64,000 nucleotides of DNA from a virus (IMGVR_UViG_3300044984_002785); one strand, 5' to 3'. Counted from the stretch's first letter, positions 25,718-33,954 are shown. Notes: a model not told the origin generated them from the letters alone. Made by a program: numbers and translations.

Positions 25718-25721
25718 TTTA

Positions 25722-26318
25722 TTGAAGGAATTTATGACAAAAACAAGTATTCTAGACCCTAAGCTGTTTCAAACAGACAAGTATTCAAATAACTTCACAA
25801 AATCAGTTGCACACATTCATGAATTTTATCTAACTGGTGAAATTGGTGATGCTGAAGAATACATTGAGTGGTTTGATATTATCCGTAATGCCAGTGCAGT
25901 AGACAGTATTCGCATTTACATTAACAGTCCGGGTGGTGATCTTTTTACTACCTTACAGTTTTTACGTGTTATGTCAGATACTGAAGCCACAGTAACTACT
26001 AGTGTTGAAGGCGCTTGTATGAGTGCTGCAACCATGATCTTTTTACATGGTCATACACAAGAAGTAACCCCCCACAGCCTGTTCATGTTTCACGACTATT
26101 CGTCTGGTACATTTGGTAAAGGCGGTGAACAATATGACCAGATTCAGTTTGAGCGTGGTTGGTCTCGTAAGTTTTTAACAGAAGTCTACACAGGTTTCTT
26201 AACTGATGCCGAAATTGAGTCAATGATGCACAACAAAGACATTTGGATGGACTCAGAAGAAGTTGTTAAGCGTTTAACCGTATTACATAAGGCTCGCGAA
26301 GCCGAAGCCAAAGAATAA
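25722..26318 (+). CDS. ClpP-family (S14) serine protease-like protein
   Basis: YINSPGGDLF, GACMSAATMIF (Ser context), SLFMFHDY (His context) in ClpP order; AAGGA RBS 25711; begins 5 nt after the tmRNA locus. Confidence 0.5.
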   Translation: MKEFMTKTSILDPKLFQTDKYSNNFTKSVAHIHEFYLTGEIGDAEEYIEWFDIIRNASAVDSIRIYINSPGGDLFTTLQFLRVMSDTEATVTTSVEGACMSAATMIFLHGHTQEVTPHSLFMFHDYSSGTFGKGGEQYDQIQFERGWSRKFLTEVYTGFLTDAEIESMMHNKDIWMDSEEVVKRLTVLHKAREAEAKE

Positions 26319-26437
26319 ATATCGCGGGGATTCAGGGTATCAGTAAGTCTCATAAGCTCAACTGTGGTCGTTTCGAATACACCCCCCGCAACCAATAACA
26401 CGGCTAAACCCTCTGCGTGAGTACGGTTTAGTTTTCA

Positions 26438-26529
26438 GGAAAGTAATGCAGCGGGGTTGGTCCTGCGACCAGCCTTGAAAACTGGGTTCTCTTAACAGGG
26501 ATGGGGTTCGACTCCTCTGCTTTCCGCCA
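26438..26529 (+). tRNA. tRNA-Ser(TGA), class II
   Basis: Acceptor GGAAAGT/GCTTTCC, anticodon loop CTTGAAA, long variable arm, T-loop TTCGACT, G-CCA. Confidence 0.6.
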
Positions 26530-26596
26530 TAAGTAAGTCTATTGATAACAACGAGCTAATACGCGTTAAAGTGCTTGTAACTTAGTAGGCTTTCTT

Positions 26597-26911
26597 ATGG
26601 CTATTTCATTTTCAAAACTAAAATCACCCTTGCTAGGCATGACTGACAATATACTGGTCGGCAAACTAGCTGGATGCCGCGTATGCGACGTTATTCCCGA
26701 TCACTACGAATATTTGATTTGGGCAGATAAACAAGGTTTGTTAAAATTTCAAGCAATTGTTGTTGAAACTATTGCAGAACACGCTGGATTTAAGTCGCAG
26801 CAGCAATATTACACAGAAGAAGTAGAGCCTTTTATTACTAAAGAGCCTAAATTACGAGAAACCAACGAACCTCCTTATTTAGACGACTACTTTGATGATA
26901 TACCATTTTAA
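26597..26911 (+). CDS. hypothetical protein
   Basis: 104-aa ORF; stop abuts tRNA-Gly. Confidence 0.45.
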   Translation: MAISFSKLKSPLLGMTDNILVGKLAGCRVCDVIPDHYEYLIWADKQGLLKFQAIVVETIAEHAGFKSQQQYYTEEVEPFITKEPKLRETNEPPYLDDYFDDIPF

Positions 26912-26912
26912 T

Positions 26913-26988
26913 GCGTGCTTAGCTCAGTTGGTAGAGCACTTCGTTGCCAACGAAGATGTCGCAGGTTCGAACCCTGTAGCCCGCACCA
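26913..26988 (+). tRNA. tRNA-Gly(GCC)
   Basis: GCGTGCTTAGCTCAGTTGGTAGAGCA, anticodon CTTCG-TTGCCAA-CGAAG, T-arm GCAGG-TTCGAAC-CCTGT, acceptor 3' AGCCCGC-A-CCA. Confidence 0.7.
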
Positions 26989-27021
26989 CTTTTTAACCCG
27001 CGCCAAACATACAAAAACACA

Positions 27022-27228
27022 ATGTATAAAATATACTACTCAGACGAACATGATAACGCTAGTGCGTATAATGTTAGTGAACTAAAGACTGCACTATCGG
27101 CTGTGGAAGCCTTACGTCAGGTAGGGTATAAGTATGTAACCTTGGTTAGTGATTATGCCGACATGGTTGGTAAGCCTGGCGTAAAAGCCGCAGGTACAGA
27201 GTGCATCCCACAAATGTTGAATCCTTAA
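27022..27228 (+). CDS. hypothetical protein
   Basis: 68-aa ORF. Confidence 0.4.
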   Translation: MYKIYYSDEHDNASAYNVSELKTALSAVEALRQVGYKYVTLVSDYADMVGKPGVKAAGTECIPQMLNP

Positions 27229-27236
27229 ATCTACAC

Positions 27237-27265
27237 TTGACCCTAAGCTGAATCTTTGATATAAT
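27237..27265 (+). promoter_or_regulatory. sigma70-type promoter TTGACC-N17-TATAAT
   Basis: Contains the recurrent TTGACCCTAA motif; immediately upstream of ORF 27267. Confidence 0.4.
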
Positions 27266-27266
27266 T

Positions 27267-27497
27267 ATGTCTATGAAACACAAATTCAATATCAAACCAC
27301 TTAGTCCAGAAATGAACACGCCACGAGCCACTACCCGACCACCAAGTCGCGTAACTGCTGGTGGAAGTACGGCTTTAAAAGAGATTCCAGTATATACCGG
27401 TACAGAAATGATCGGTATTTCAATTATTCACAAGAGCTGCTTGCAGCCAGTATTCAGTCGCGAAGCTGCCGTTGATGCAGCTAGTATGCGACGTTAA
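27267..27497 (+). CDS. hypothetical protein
   Basis: 76-aa ORF. Confidence 0.4.
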   Translation: MSMKHKFNIKPLSPEMNTPRATTRPPSRVTAGGSTALKEIPVYTGTEMIGISIIHKSCLQPVFSREAAVDAASMRR

Positions 27498-27500
27498 TTT

Positions 27501-27574
27501 GCAGGGTTGGTATAGTGGCTGTGCTCTAGCCTTCCAAGCTAGTGAGGCGAGTTCGATCCTCGCACCCTGCTCCA
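27501..27574 (+). tRNA. tRNA-Gly(TCC)
   Basis: Acceptor GCAGGGT/ACCCTGC (perfect), anticodon CTAGC-CTTCCAA-GCTAG, T-arm GGCGA-GTTCGATC-CTCGC, T-CCA. Confidence 0.75.
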
Positions 27575-27575
27575 T

Positions 27576-27650
27576 GCATCCTTAGCTCAGAGGTAGAGCG
27601 GCTGCTTTACACGCAGCGGGTCGGCAGTTCGAAACTGTCAGGATGTACCA
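27576..27650 (+). tRNA. tRNA-Val(TAC)
   Basis: GCATCCTTAGCTCAGAGGTAGAGCG, anticodon GCTGC-TTTACAC-GCAGC, T-arm GGCAG-TTCGAAA-CTGTC, acceptor 3' AGGATGT-A-CCA. Confidence 0.75.
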
Positions 27651-27739
27651 AACACAACCGCTAAGGATATGAGTACCTGCGCAGGATCGTCCAGGGGATG
27701 CGGCACTTAGGGTTACCCTTGACCCTAAACTATTTAAAC

Positions 27740-27783
27740 TTGACACAAATCCCCGAATAGAGTATAATAACTACTATTCGGGG
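27740..27783 (+). promoter_or_regulatory. consensus sigma70 promoter TTGACA-N17-TATAAT overlapped by 11-bp palindrome (operator-like)
   Basis: TTGACA 27740-27745, TATAAT 27763-27768; TCCCCGAATAG (27750-27760) and CTATTCGGGGA (27774-27784) flank the -10 element. Confidence 0.55.
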
Positions 27784-27794
27784 ATTATTACATT

Positions 27795-28349
27795 ATGGCA
27801 AACATTTTTTTCGCATCAGACCACCATTTCCATCATAAAAATATTCTTGGTTTTAAGAATAGTGACGATACTCCATTACGAGTATTTGATGATGTTGACC
27901 ACATGAATGAACACATGGTTTACTGCCACAACCGTGTAGTAAAACCCACCGACAAAGTTTATTTTATAGGCGACGTATCTATGAGTCGCAATGCCAAGGG
28001 TCTAGAAATTCTTGGGCGCATGAATGGCGAAAAGGTCTTGATCAAAGGCAATCATGATCTAGCTAACGCTAATCAATATTTACAGTATTTCAAAGATATT
28101 CGTGGTAGTCATCAATTTGATGGAATGATTCTAACACATATTCCAATTCATCCTGAGAGTCTAGCACGTTGGGGATTGAATGTACATGGCCACTTACACA
28201 ATAATACTGTAATGCTTCGTGGGTTTGCAGATAAGCCTGTTGAACCTGACTCTAGGTATTTTAATGTGTCTATGGAAAGAATTAATTTTACTCCTATCTC
28301 CCTAGAGGAAGTTAAAAAGTATGTTAGATTGCCTGATTCTAGGAGATAG
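27795..28349 (+). CDS. metallophosphoesterase / Ser-Thr phosphatase-like protein
   Basis: ASDHHFHH, YFIGDVSMS, IKGNHD phosphoesterase motifs. Confidence 0.5.
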   Translation: MANIFFASDHHFHHKNILGFKNSDDTPLRVFDDVDHMNEHMVYCHNRVVKPTDKVYFIGDVSMSRNAKGLEILGRMNGEKVLIKGNHDLANANQYLQYFKDIRGSHQFDGMILTHIPIHPESLARWGLNVHGHLHNNTVMLRGFADKPVEPDSRYFNVSMERINFTPISLEEVKKYVRLPDSRR

Positions 28350-28716
28350 TATTGCACAAGGTATTGCTCAGCATCGTCCTGAGTGTGCCCTATATGCACG
28401 TCAAGGTATAACCAGCTATAATTGGAATAAAAGGTATCTAGGCTTAGGCCTAGATGCTAAACATACTATTATTAGTCTAGGAAGCAATGACGATTGGTGG
28501 GCTGAAAAGACTTCCAAGGAACTTACAGACATACGCTCAAATTTAAGTGGACATGTAACATGGATTCTTCCTGCTAATAAATCAAATAGTCGAACCGCTG
28601 TACGAGCCGTAGCTAAAACATTTAATGACCTAGTTTTAGAAATACCCGAAACCATACAAGATAAGGTTCATCCTAGTGCACGAGCATACCGTACACTAGC
28701 AAATCAAACGCGCTGA
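28321..28716 (+). CDS. SGNH/GDSL-family hydrolase
   Basis: ILGDSIAQG (block I GDS) and SLGSNDDWW (block III) motifs. Confidence 0.5.
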   Translation: MLDCLILGDSIAQGIAQHRPECALYARQGITSYNWNKRYLGLGLDAKHTIISLGSNDDWWAEKTSKELTDIRSNLSGHVTWILPANKSNSRTAVRAVAKTFNDLVLEIPETIQDKVHPSARAYRTLANQTR

Positions 28717-28784
28717 TAGCTTAATGGTAAAGCGTCCGACTCATAATCGGTTGAGTCTAGGTTCAATTCCTAGTCAGCGCACCA
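28710..28784 (+). tRNA. tRNA with CAT anticodon (Met or lysidine-Ile)
   Basis: Acceptor GCGCTGA/TCAGCGC (perfect), D-arm GCTT-AATGGTA-AAGC, anticodon loop CTCATAA, T-arm CTAGG-TTCAATT-CCTAG, ACCA; overlaps the last codons of the upstream CDS. Confidence 0.65.
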
Positions 28785-28828
28785 CTTATCCCAGCTTAGG
28801 CTGGGATTTTTGTTTCAAAAATATTTTC

Positions 28829-28857
28829 TTGAACTAAAGAGCTATTTTTGATATAAT
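28829..28857 (+). promoter_or_regulatory. sigma70-type promoter TTGAAC-N17-TATAAT
   Basis: Exact 17-nt spacing upstream of gene 28894. Confidence 0.45.
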
Positions 28858-28893
28858 ATAAATTCTACAACAAAACTTTACAAAGAAAACAAC

Positions 28894-29256
28894 ATGAAAA
28901 TTTATTTTTCCCAAGTACCCGACAGTGACATTGATACTTACGGCGATGAAGGGCTGCTTGGCCCAAACAAAGCTGGCGAGTTTTTCTATAATTCTGTAGA
29001 GTTTGGAACTAACCCAGGCGGCACAGAAGAAGTATCTATTGCAGATGGTTGCAATCGTTATATGCCAATTTCCATAGAGAATCTCCCAGAACTTATTAGT
29101 GCCCTGACAGTAATCTATAATACAAAAACACAAATGGATCTCTTGCAACAAGTTACAGCCATTGCAGAAAGCGATGCGGAAGGTTATGTAAATGAAGACC
29201 GAGTCTACTTTGACAAAGAATCCGTTCAGGATATTGTTAACTCAATTAGATACTGA
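28894..29256 (+). CDS. hypothetical acidic protein
   Basis: 120-aa ORF. Confidence 0.45.
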   Translation: MKIYFSQVPDSDIDTYGDEGLLGPNKAGEFFYNSVEFGTNPGGTEEVSIADGCNRYMPISIENLPELISALTVIYNTKTQMDLLQQVTAIAESDAEGYVNEDRVYFDKESVQDIVNSIRY

Positions 29257-29440
29257 AAAATGGCAAATTGTTACTCTTAAGTTTTTATCTACAGTTACTG
29301 ATCTTATAAACAAAGATAAAGAACTAATACTAACTTATGGAGAAGCCTTTAAGGTTCTAGAATTTCTTGCGGAAGCACAGGTTATAGAGCTAGAGTCGGT
29401 TGAAAATACCGACATATTTAAAATTAGAAAGAAGTTCTGA
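29192..29440 (+). CDS. hypothetical protein
   Basis: 82-aa ORF overlapping the upstream gene by 65 nt. Confidence 0.3.
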   Translation: MKTESTLTKNPFRILLTQLDTEKWQIVTLKFLSTVTDLINKDKELILTYGEAFKVLEFLAEAQVIELESVENTDIFKIRKKF

Positions 29441-29443
29441 AAC

Positions 29444-29821
29444 GTGGCAACAAAAAATAAAGCAGCAGCTAGTACCAATAGTACCGGTAAGGCAGAAGCT
29501 AATCGAAAAATTAAATTGTTAAAACTGCTGAAACAACAGCCTAACAATGAGCAGATTAAAGATGCCTTAACAAATATTAAGTATCGTCGTAAAAAGCCTA
29601 AAACCCAAGAATGGTCAAAAACAGCTATCCGACTAGCAAAGCTATTCAAACAATTCTCAGGCAGAGCAGATCGAGAACTGTTTAGTAGTAATCCTAAAAT
29701 TCAAAGCGCGGCCCTATCCAGACAAGTTCAAAGAACGGGATTTAAATTGCCAGAAGGCAAAGTAAGTTTCTTGCTTGGTGCGCGTGCTCATGATAAGTAT
29801 GGAAAACTAGTATGGGTTTGA
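29444..29821 (+). CDS. hypothetical basic Lys-rich protein
   Basis: 125 aa, KK/RRK-rich. Confidence 0.45.
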   Translation: MATKNKAAASTNSTGKAEANRKIKLLKLLKQQPNNEQIKDALTNIKYRRKKPKTQEWSKTAIRLAKLFKQFSGRADRELFSSNPKIQSAALSRQVQRTGFKLPEGKVSFLLGARAHDKYGKLVWV

Positions 29822-30072
29822 TAGAATACTATGTGCTTTTTGCATTAAGTACTTCTATTACTGCGTGTTATTTGTGGTTTTGGCCACTACTACAAAAAGC
29901 TAAATCACAAAATATAATCAATAGCTTTACAGAAAATCCTAAACTAAGTACAGTGATCTATGTCATCATTAGTACATTGGTTGCTCCCATTTTAATTCTA
30001 CCCTTACTGTCTAGTACACTAGCGGAAAAATTTGAGCTTGGATTAAGTAAAGAGATATTAAAACAAGAATAA
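29812..30072 (+). CDS. small membrane protein
   Basis: Two hydrophobic segments. Confidence 0.4.
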   Translation: MGLIEYYVLFALSTSITACYLWFWPLLQKAKSQNIINSFTENPKLSTVIYVIISTLVAPILILPLLSSTLAEKFELGLSKEILKQE

Positions 30073-30083
30073 AAATTATTTAT

Positions 30084-30112
30084 TTGAATATATTACTAAA
30101 ACGCTTTATAAT
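30084..30112 (+). promoter_or_regulatory. sigma70-type promoter TTGAAT-N17-TATAAT
   Basis: Upstream of gene 30143. Confidence 0.4.
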
Positions 30113-30142
30113 ATATACTTAATCAATTAGAAAAGACATACT

Positions 30143-30415
30143 ATGAAACTTCTGGAATTTAAATACACTAAAGCTGACGGCTCTGTTTCTGACCGAGCAC
30201 TTATTGAACTGGTTACTCCTTGTCAATTTGTCGAAGGTATTGATGTTACCCAAATGCCTGAAGATGATTTTGTCTTGTTTGCTAATGAGATTCGTGAATT
30301 GAAAAATGCACAACATCAAGCAACTATGGAATTACTAGTCAAACATGACTTAAAACACAACTATCGCCGTTTTAGTCCAGACAAAATGTCTGGTATTAAT
30401 GCAGAATACGTTTAA
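30143..30415 (+). CDS. hypothetical protein
   Basis: 90-aa ORF. Confidence 0.45.
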   Translation: MKLLEFKYTKADGSVSDRALIELVTPCQFVEGIDVTQMPEDDFVLFANEIRELKNAQHQATMELLVKHDLKHNYRRFSPDKMSGINAEYV

Positions 30416-30439
30416 TTAAAAACACTTAAAGGAAAAAAT

Positions 30440-30799
30440 ATGGCAAGCACTTGGACAGATGATCTAAAAACTAAAGTTATTGAAATGTATGAAGGAGCAG
30501 GCCCTACGCCTGAATCTAGTACTGAAATCATCAAAGATATTGCAGAAGAAATTGAAATGTCGCCTAACGGCGTTCGTATGGTACTGGTTCAAGCCGGAGT
30601 GTACGTAAAGAAAGAGGCAGGGGCTGCTCCTGGTAAAGCTAAAACACCAGCGGCTGGCGACAAGCCTGCTCGAGTTAGCAAAGAATCAGCTATTGGTGAC
30701 TTGCGTCAAGCATTGCTTGATGCCAACAAACCAGTTGACGAAGACATTTTGAGTAAATTGACAGGCAAAGCCGCAGTTTACTTTTTGTCGGTACTCTAA
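30440..30799 (+). CDS. hypothetical protein
   Basis: 119 aa; AAAGGAAAA RBS. Confidence 0.5.
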   Translation: MASTWTDDLKTKVIEMYEGAGPTPESSTEIIKDIAEEIEMSPNGVRMVLVQAGVYVKKEAGAAPGKAKTPAAGDKPARVSKESAIGDLRQALLDANKPVDEDILSKLTGKAAVYFLSVL

Positions 30800-30802
30800 T
30801 TC

Positions 30803-30835
30803 AAGGCGGCCCAGTGCCGCCTTTTCTTTTAAGGA
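30803..30835 (+). terminator. rho-independent terminator
   Basis: AAGGCGGC-ccagt-GCCGCCTT followed by TTCTTTT. Confidence 0.7.
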
Positions 30836-30841
30836 TTTAAT

Positions 30842-31468
30842 ATGGCAACGAAAAAACGAAGTGAATTGGAAACCGAACTGATGACTCCGGCCAATATTAG
30901 CCGAGTAATTCGTTTGCTAGAGCCAACAGAAGAAGGCGTTAAGCCTATTACTAAAAAAGATGCTTGCCAGATTCTTGGTATGGCATATAATACTACACGG
31001 CTCGGTACTATTATTGAAGATTTTAAAAAGTCTCAAGCACGTGACGCAGAGCGTCGTGCTGCACTACGCGGTAAGCCTGCTACACAGGAAGATGTAGTTT
31101 ATATCATCTCAGAATACTTAAATGGTGAAACAGTAGACTATATATCAAAACGAACTTATCGTAGCCCAACTTTTATCAAACGTGTTCTGGAAGATAATGC
31201 TGTACCTATTCGTGTGCCGGGTGCAACTTACTTTAAACCTCAACTAGTTCCAGAAGGTGCAGTTCGTGATCGGTTTAAAATTGATGAAGTAGTTTACAGT
31301 GCTCGTTATGATAGTTTAGCTCGTATTGATACTGAGACTAAGACTGAAAAGTATGGTTACATTTACCGTGTATGGCTTATGTCTGATAAGTGGCTACAAG
31401 CCGCTAATCAAGAAGCCTATGAGTTAGCATCGCTAGAGCACCTTCGCGAAATAGGAGTACGAATTTGA
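30842..31468 (+). CDS. hypothetical protein
   Basis: 208-aa ORF. Confidence 0.5.
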   Translation: MATKKRSELETELMTPANISRVIRLLEPTEEGVKPITKKDACQILGMAYNTTRLGTIIEDFKKSQARDAERRAALRGKPATQEDVVYIISEYLNGETVDYISKRTYRSPTFIKRVLEDNAVPIRVPGATYFKPQLVPEGAVRDRFKIDEVVYSARYDSLARIDTETKTEKYGYIYRVWLMSDKWLQAANQEAYELASLEHLREIGVRI

Positions 31469-31622
31469 TACAAAGTATATTTATACTAATACTTTTAAGT
31501 GCCGTACTATACCTAGGTTACCGACTAATAAAAGAATTTAAACCTTTTAAACTAATTTTTACAGTGTTAGCATTCTTTAGCTTAGCACTACTTATTTTAA
31601 CCACAATTACCTTACTATTCTA

Positions 31623-32423
31623 ATGAACAAATTTTTCAAAATCTCTGCTATTGTTGCCGCCCTTATGCTAGCAACTGGTTGTACCCGTATTGAAACGGGT
31701 GAAGTTGGTGTACGAGTTGGCTTTGATAAACAAGTTCAAAGTGGTGAACTCCTACCGGGTTCGTTTAATCAAACCTTGGTAGGTACAGTACTTACCTTTC
31801 CTGTTAAAGATGTAAACGTAGTCTTGGAGAATATGACTCCTGTGGCTGCCGATAATTCTACTATGAAAGACTTTGATGCTGTAGTTGTTTACAATATCAA
31901 CCCTGCACAGGTTGCTGAACTGTATGCTACTAAGAACAAGAGTTTCCATGCTGAAAGTAAAAGTGGTGATACTCTTGTGATGTACAACTACATTGTTCAA
32001 ACTGCTCGTAATGCTATCTATAAGGCCGCACGAAAGTACGAAGCATTAGACATGGCTGACAAGCGTAATGACATGGAAAAGTTCATTCAAGACGAGATTA
32101 CCCGTAACATGACCGAAGAAAAACTAGATGGTGCAATTACTGTCAGCCAAGTGATGATTCGTAATGTTGTGCCCAGCGATACAGTTGTTGAAAGTGCCAA
32201 TGCCCTAGTTCGTAGCAAAAACGAGCTAAAGCAAAAAGAAGTTGAAGTTAAGACTGCTGAAGCTGAAAGTCGCCGTATGGCAGCACTGGCTAATAACAGT
32301 GGCAGTTCAATTGCCTTTATGCAAGCACAAGCCATGTTGAATATCTCTGAAGGTATCAAAAATGGCAAAGTTCAGACCATTGTTGTTCCTAGTAACTTCA
32401 ATGCACTGATGATGCCCAAGTAA
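31623..32423 (+). CDS. lipoprotein with SPFH/band-7-like domain (tentative)
   Basis: Lipobox LATGC after signal peptide; FDAVVVYNINP resembles SPFH VDAVVYYRVxDP. Confidence 0.4.
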   Translation: MNKFFKISAIVAALMLATGCTRIETGEVGVRVGFDKQVQSGELLPGSFNQTLVGTVLTFPVKDVNVVLENMTPVAADNSTMKDFDAVVVYNINPAQVAELYATKNKSFHAESKSGDTLVMYNYIVQTARNAIYKAARKYEALDMADKRNDMEKFIQDEITRNMTEEKLDGAITVSQVMIRNVVPSDTVVESANALVRSKNELKQKEVEVKTAEAESRRMAALANNSGSSIAFMQAQAMLNISEGIKNGKVQTIVVPSNFNALMMPK

Positions 32424-32424
32424 T

Positions 32425-32685
32425 ATGAAACATTGGCTATTTGCAGAGCCTATTGGCAAAACAAGTGAGCCTGTGTGGATGGTATACTCTGAGGATGCTA
32501 TTATTGCCGAGTACTGGGATACTTGGCATCGTCAGGGTATAGCCTACAACAAAGCACATGGGCTTGATGTTAATAATAACATTACTGCACACAACTGTAT
32601 ACAGGACTGGATTGTAGTGCATTGGGCTGTTGAAGCAACACCAGAAAACCTACTTAAAATTATATCTGCGCCAAAAGGTCAATAA
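32425..32685 (+). CDS. hypothetical protein
   Basis: 86-aa ORF. Confidence 0.4.
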   Translation: MKHWLFAEPIGKTSEPVWMVYSEDAIIAEYWDTWHRQGIAYNKAHGLDVNNNITAHNCIQDWIVVHWAVEATPENLLKIISAPKGQ

Positions 32686-32687
32686 TT

Positions 32688-32966
32688 ATGGATGAGAATA
32701 TACAATATAGTAAGATCATTGATGAAAACATGGAAAAAGGTTTTCAGATTCGTCTTGCAGTAAATGACTTCCGAGATGTTACTTATATTCAACTCCGTAA
32801 GTTCTTTTTAAGTTATGAGGGCGAGTGGGTTCCTAGTCGTGAAGGTGTATCAATTCCTGCTAGTACTGAAAATATCTATGCTATACTAGATGGATTGTTT
32901 GAAATTTGTAGTATAGCAGAAGGTACTGAAATTATTGAACATTACGCAAAGCGTTTAAAATCCTAA
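32688..32966 (+). CDS. hypothetical protein
   Basis: 92-aa ORF. Confidence 0.4.
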   Translation: MDENIQYSKIIDENMEKGFQIRLAVNDFRDVTYIQLRKFFLSYEGEWVPSREGVSIPASTENIYAILDGLFEICSIAEGTEIIEHYAKRLKS

Positions 32967-33003
32967 CTTGTATCTAAGACCCTAAAGTGTTATAATAATC
33001 TTT

Positions 33004-33954
33004 ATGAACAAAATCACACAATTCTTAGACTCAGCTTCAGCCGCATATTATGCTGGTAGCCCTTTTATCACTGACGTTCAGTTTGATAAATTGGCTGACT
33101 CAGTAGGTTATTATGCTGTTGGTGCTAAACAAAATTCCAAAACTCAGAAACATCTTTATCAGATGTACTCACTACAAAAATTCTATGAAGATGAAGGCAC
33201 TAAGCCTCTTCAAGGAATTCGAGGTATTGCCACTAGTATTAAGCTGGATGGCGCAGCTCTCAGCTTACTTTATGTTGATGGTAATCTTGTTCGAGCTCTC
33301 ACCCGTGGTGATGGCACAGAAGGTCAGATTGTAACAGATAAGTTTATTGGTAACCCAATAGTTCCACAAACAGTACCTTTTCAAGGTGTTTACCAAATTA
33401 CTGGTGAGATTGTTGCTCCACTTAATATTGAAAATTCCCGTAACTATGCAGCAGGTTCACTAAACTTAAAAGACCCCCAAGAGTTTCATCAACGTGCGCT
33501 AACTTTCTTTGCTTATGGAGTTCAACCTACTCTGCATGACACATTTAATGCAGATTTAAACGCACTTCGTCTAGCTGGTTTCGGTGTTATCAATGAACCA
33601 GACTTGGACAAAATCTTTCCTTGCGATGGCGTAGTATTCCGTGTTAATGACAATGCCCAGTTCTACGAAATGGGCTACACAGCTAAACATCCTCGTGGTG
33701 CTTATGCTAAAAAAGAACGAGCACAGCACGTTGAAACAAAACTATTAGGAGTTGAGTGGCAAGTTGGCAAATCAGGTAAAGTATCCCCAGTTGGTATTCT
33801 AGAACCTGTTTACATCGGTGATGCTCTCATCAGCCGAGCAACACTCAATAATCCAGGATTTATTGAAATGCTAGACCTACAAATTGGTGATACTGTAGCC
33901 ATTATCAGAGCCGGTGAGATTATTCCTTGTATTTTACATAAAGTGGATGCTTAA
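33004..33954 (+). CDS. ligA: NAD-dependent DNA ligase, N-terminal part (adenylation + OB domains)
   Basis: KLDGAALSLLYVDGNLVRALTRGDGTEGQIVT matches the LigA KxDG adenylation motif; the gene stops before the Zn/HhH/BRCT domains. Confidence 0.6.
   Translation: MNKITQFLDSASAAYYAGSPFITDVQFDKLADSVGYYAVGAKQNSKTQKHLYQMYSLQKFYEDEGTKPLQGIRGIATSIKLDGAALSLLYVDGNLVRALTRGDGTEGQIVTDKFIGNPIVPQTVPFQGVYQITGEIVAPLNIENSRNYAAGSLNLKDPQEFHQRALTFFAYGVQPTLHDTFNADLNALRLAGFGVINEPDLDKIFPCDGVVFRVNDNAQFYEMGYTAKHPRGAYAKKERAQHVETKLLGVEWQVGKSGKVSPVGILEPVYIGDALISRATLNNPGFIEMLDLQIGDTVAIIRAGEIIPCILHKVDA

Noticed and set aside
26331-26425. GCGGGG...CCCCCGC hairpin with internal TTCGAAT T-loop-like sequence after the ClpP-like gene
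   Set aside because: Considered as a tRNA, but no consistent D- or anticodon arms and a 6-bp closing stem with about 55-nt interior; more likely a terminator or processing hairpin.
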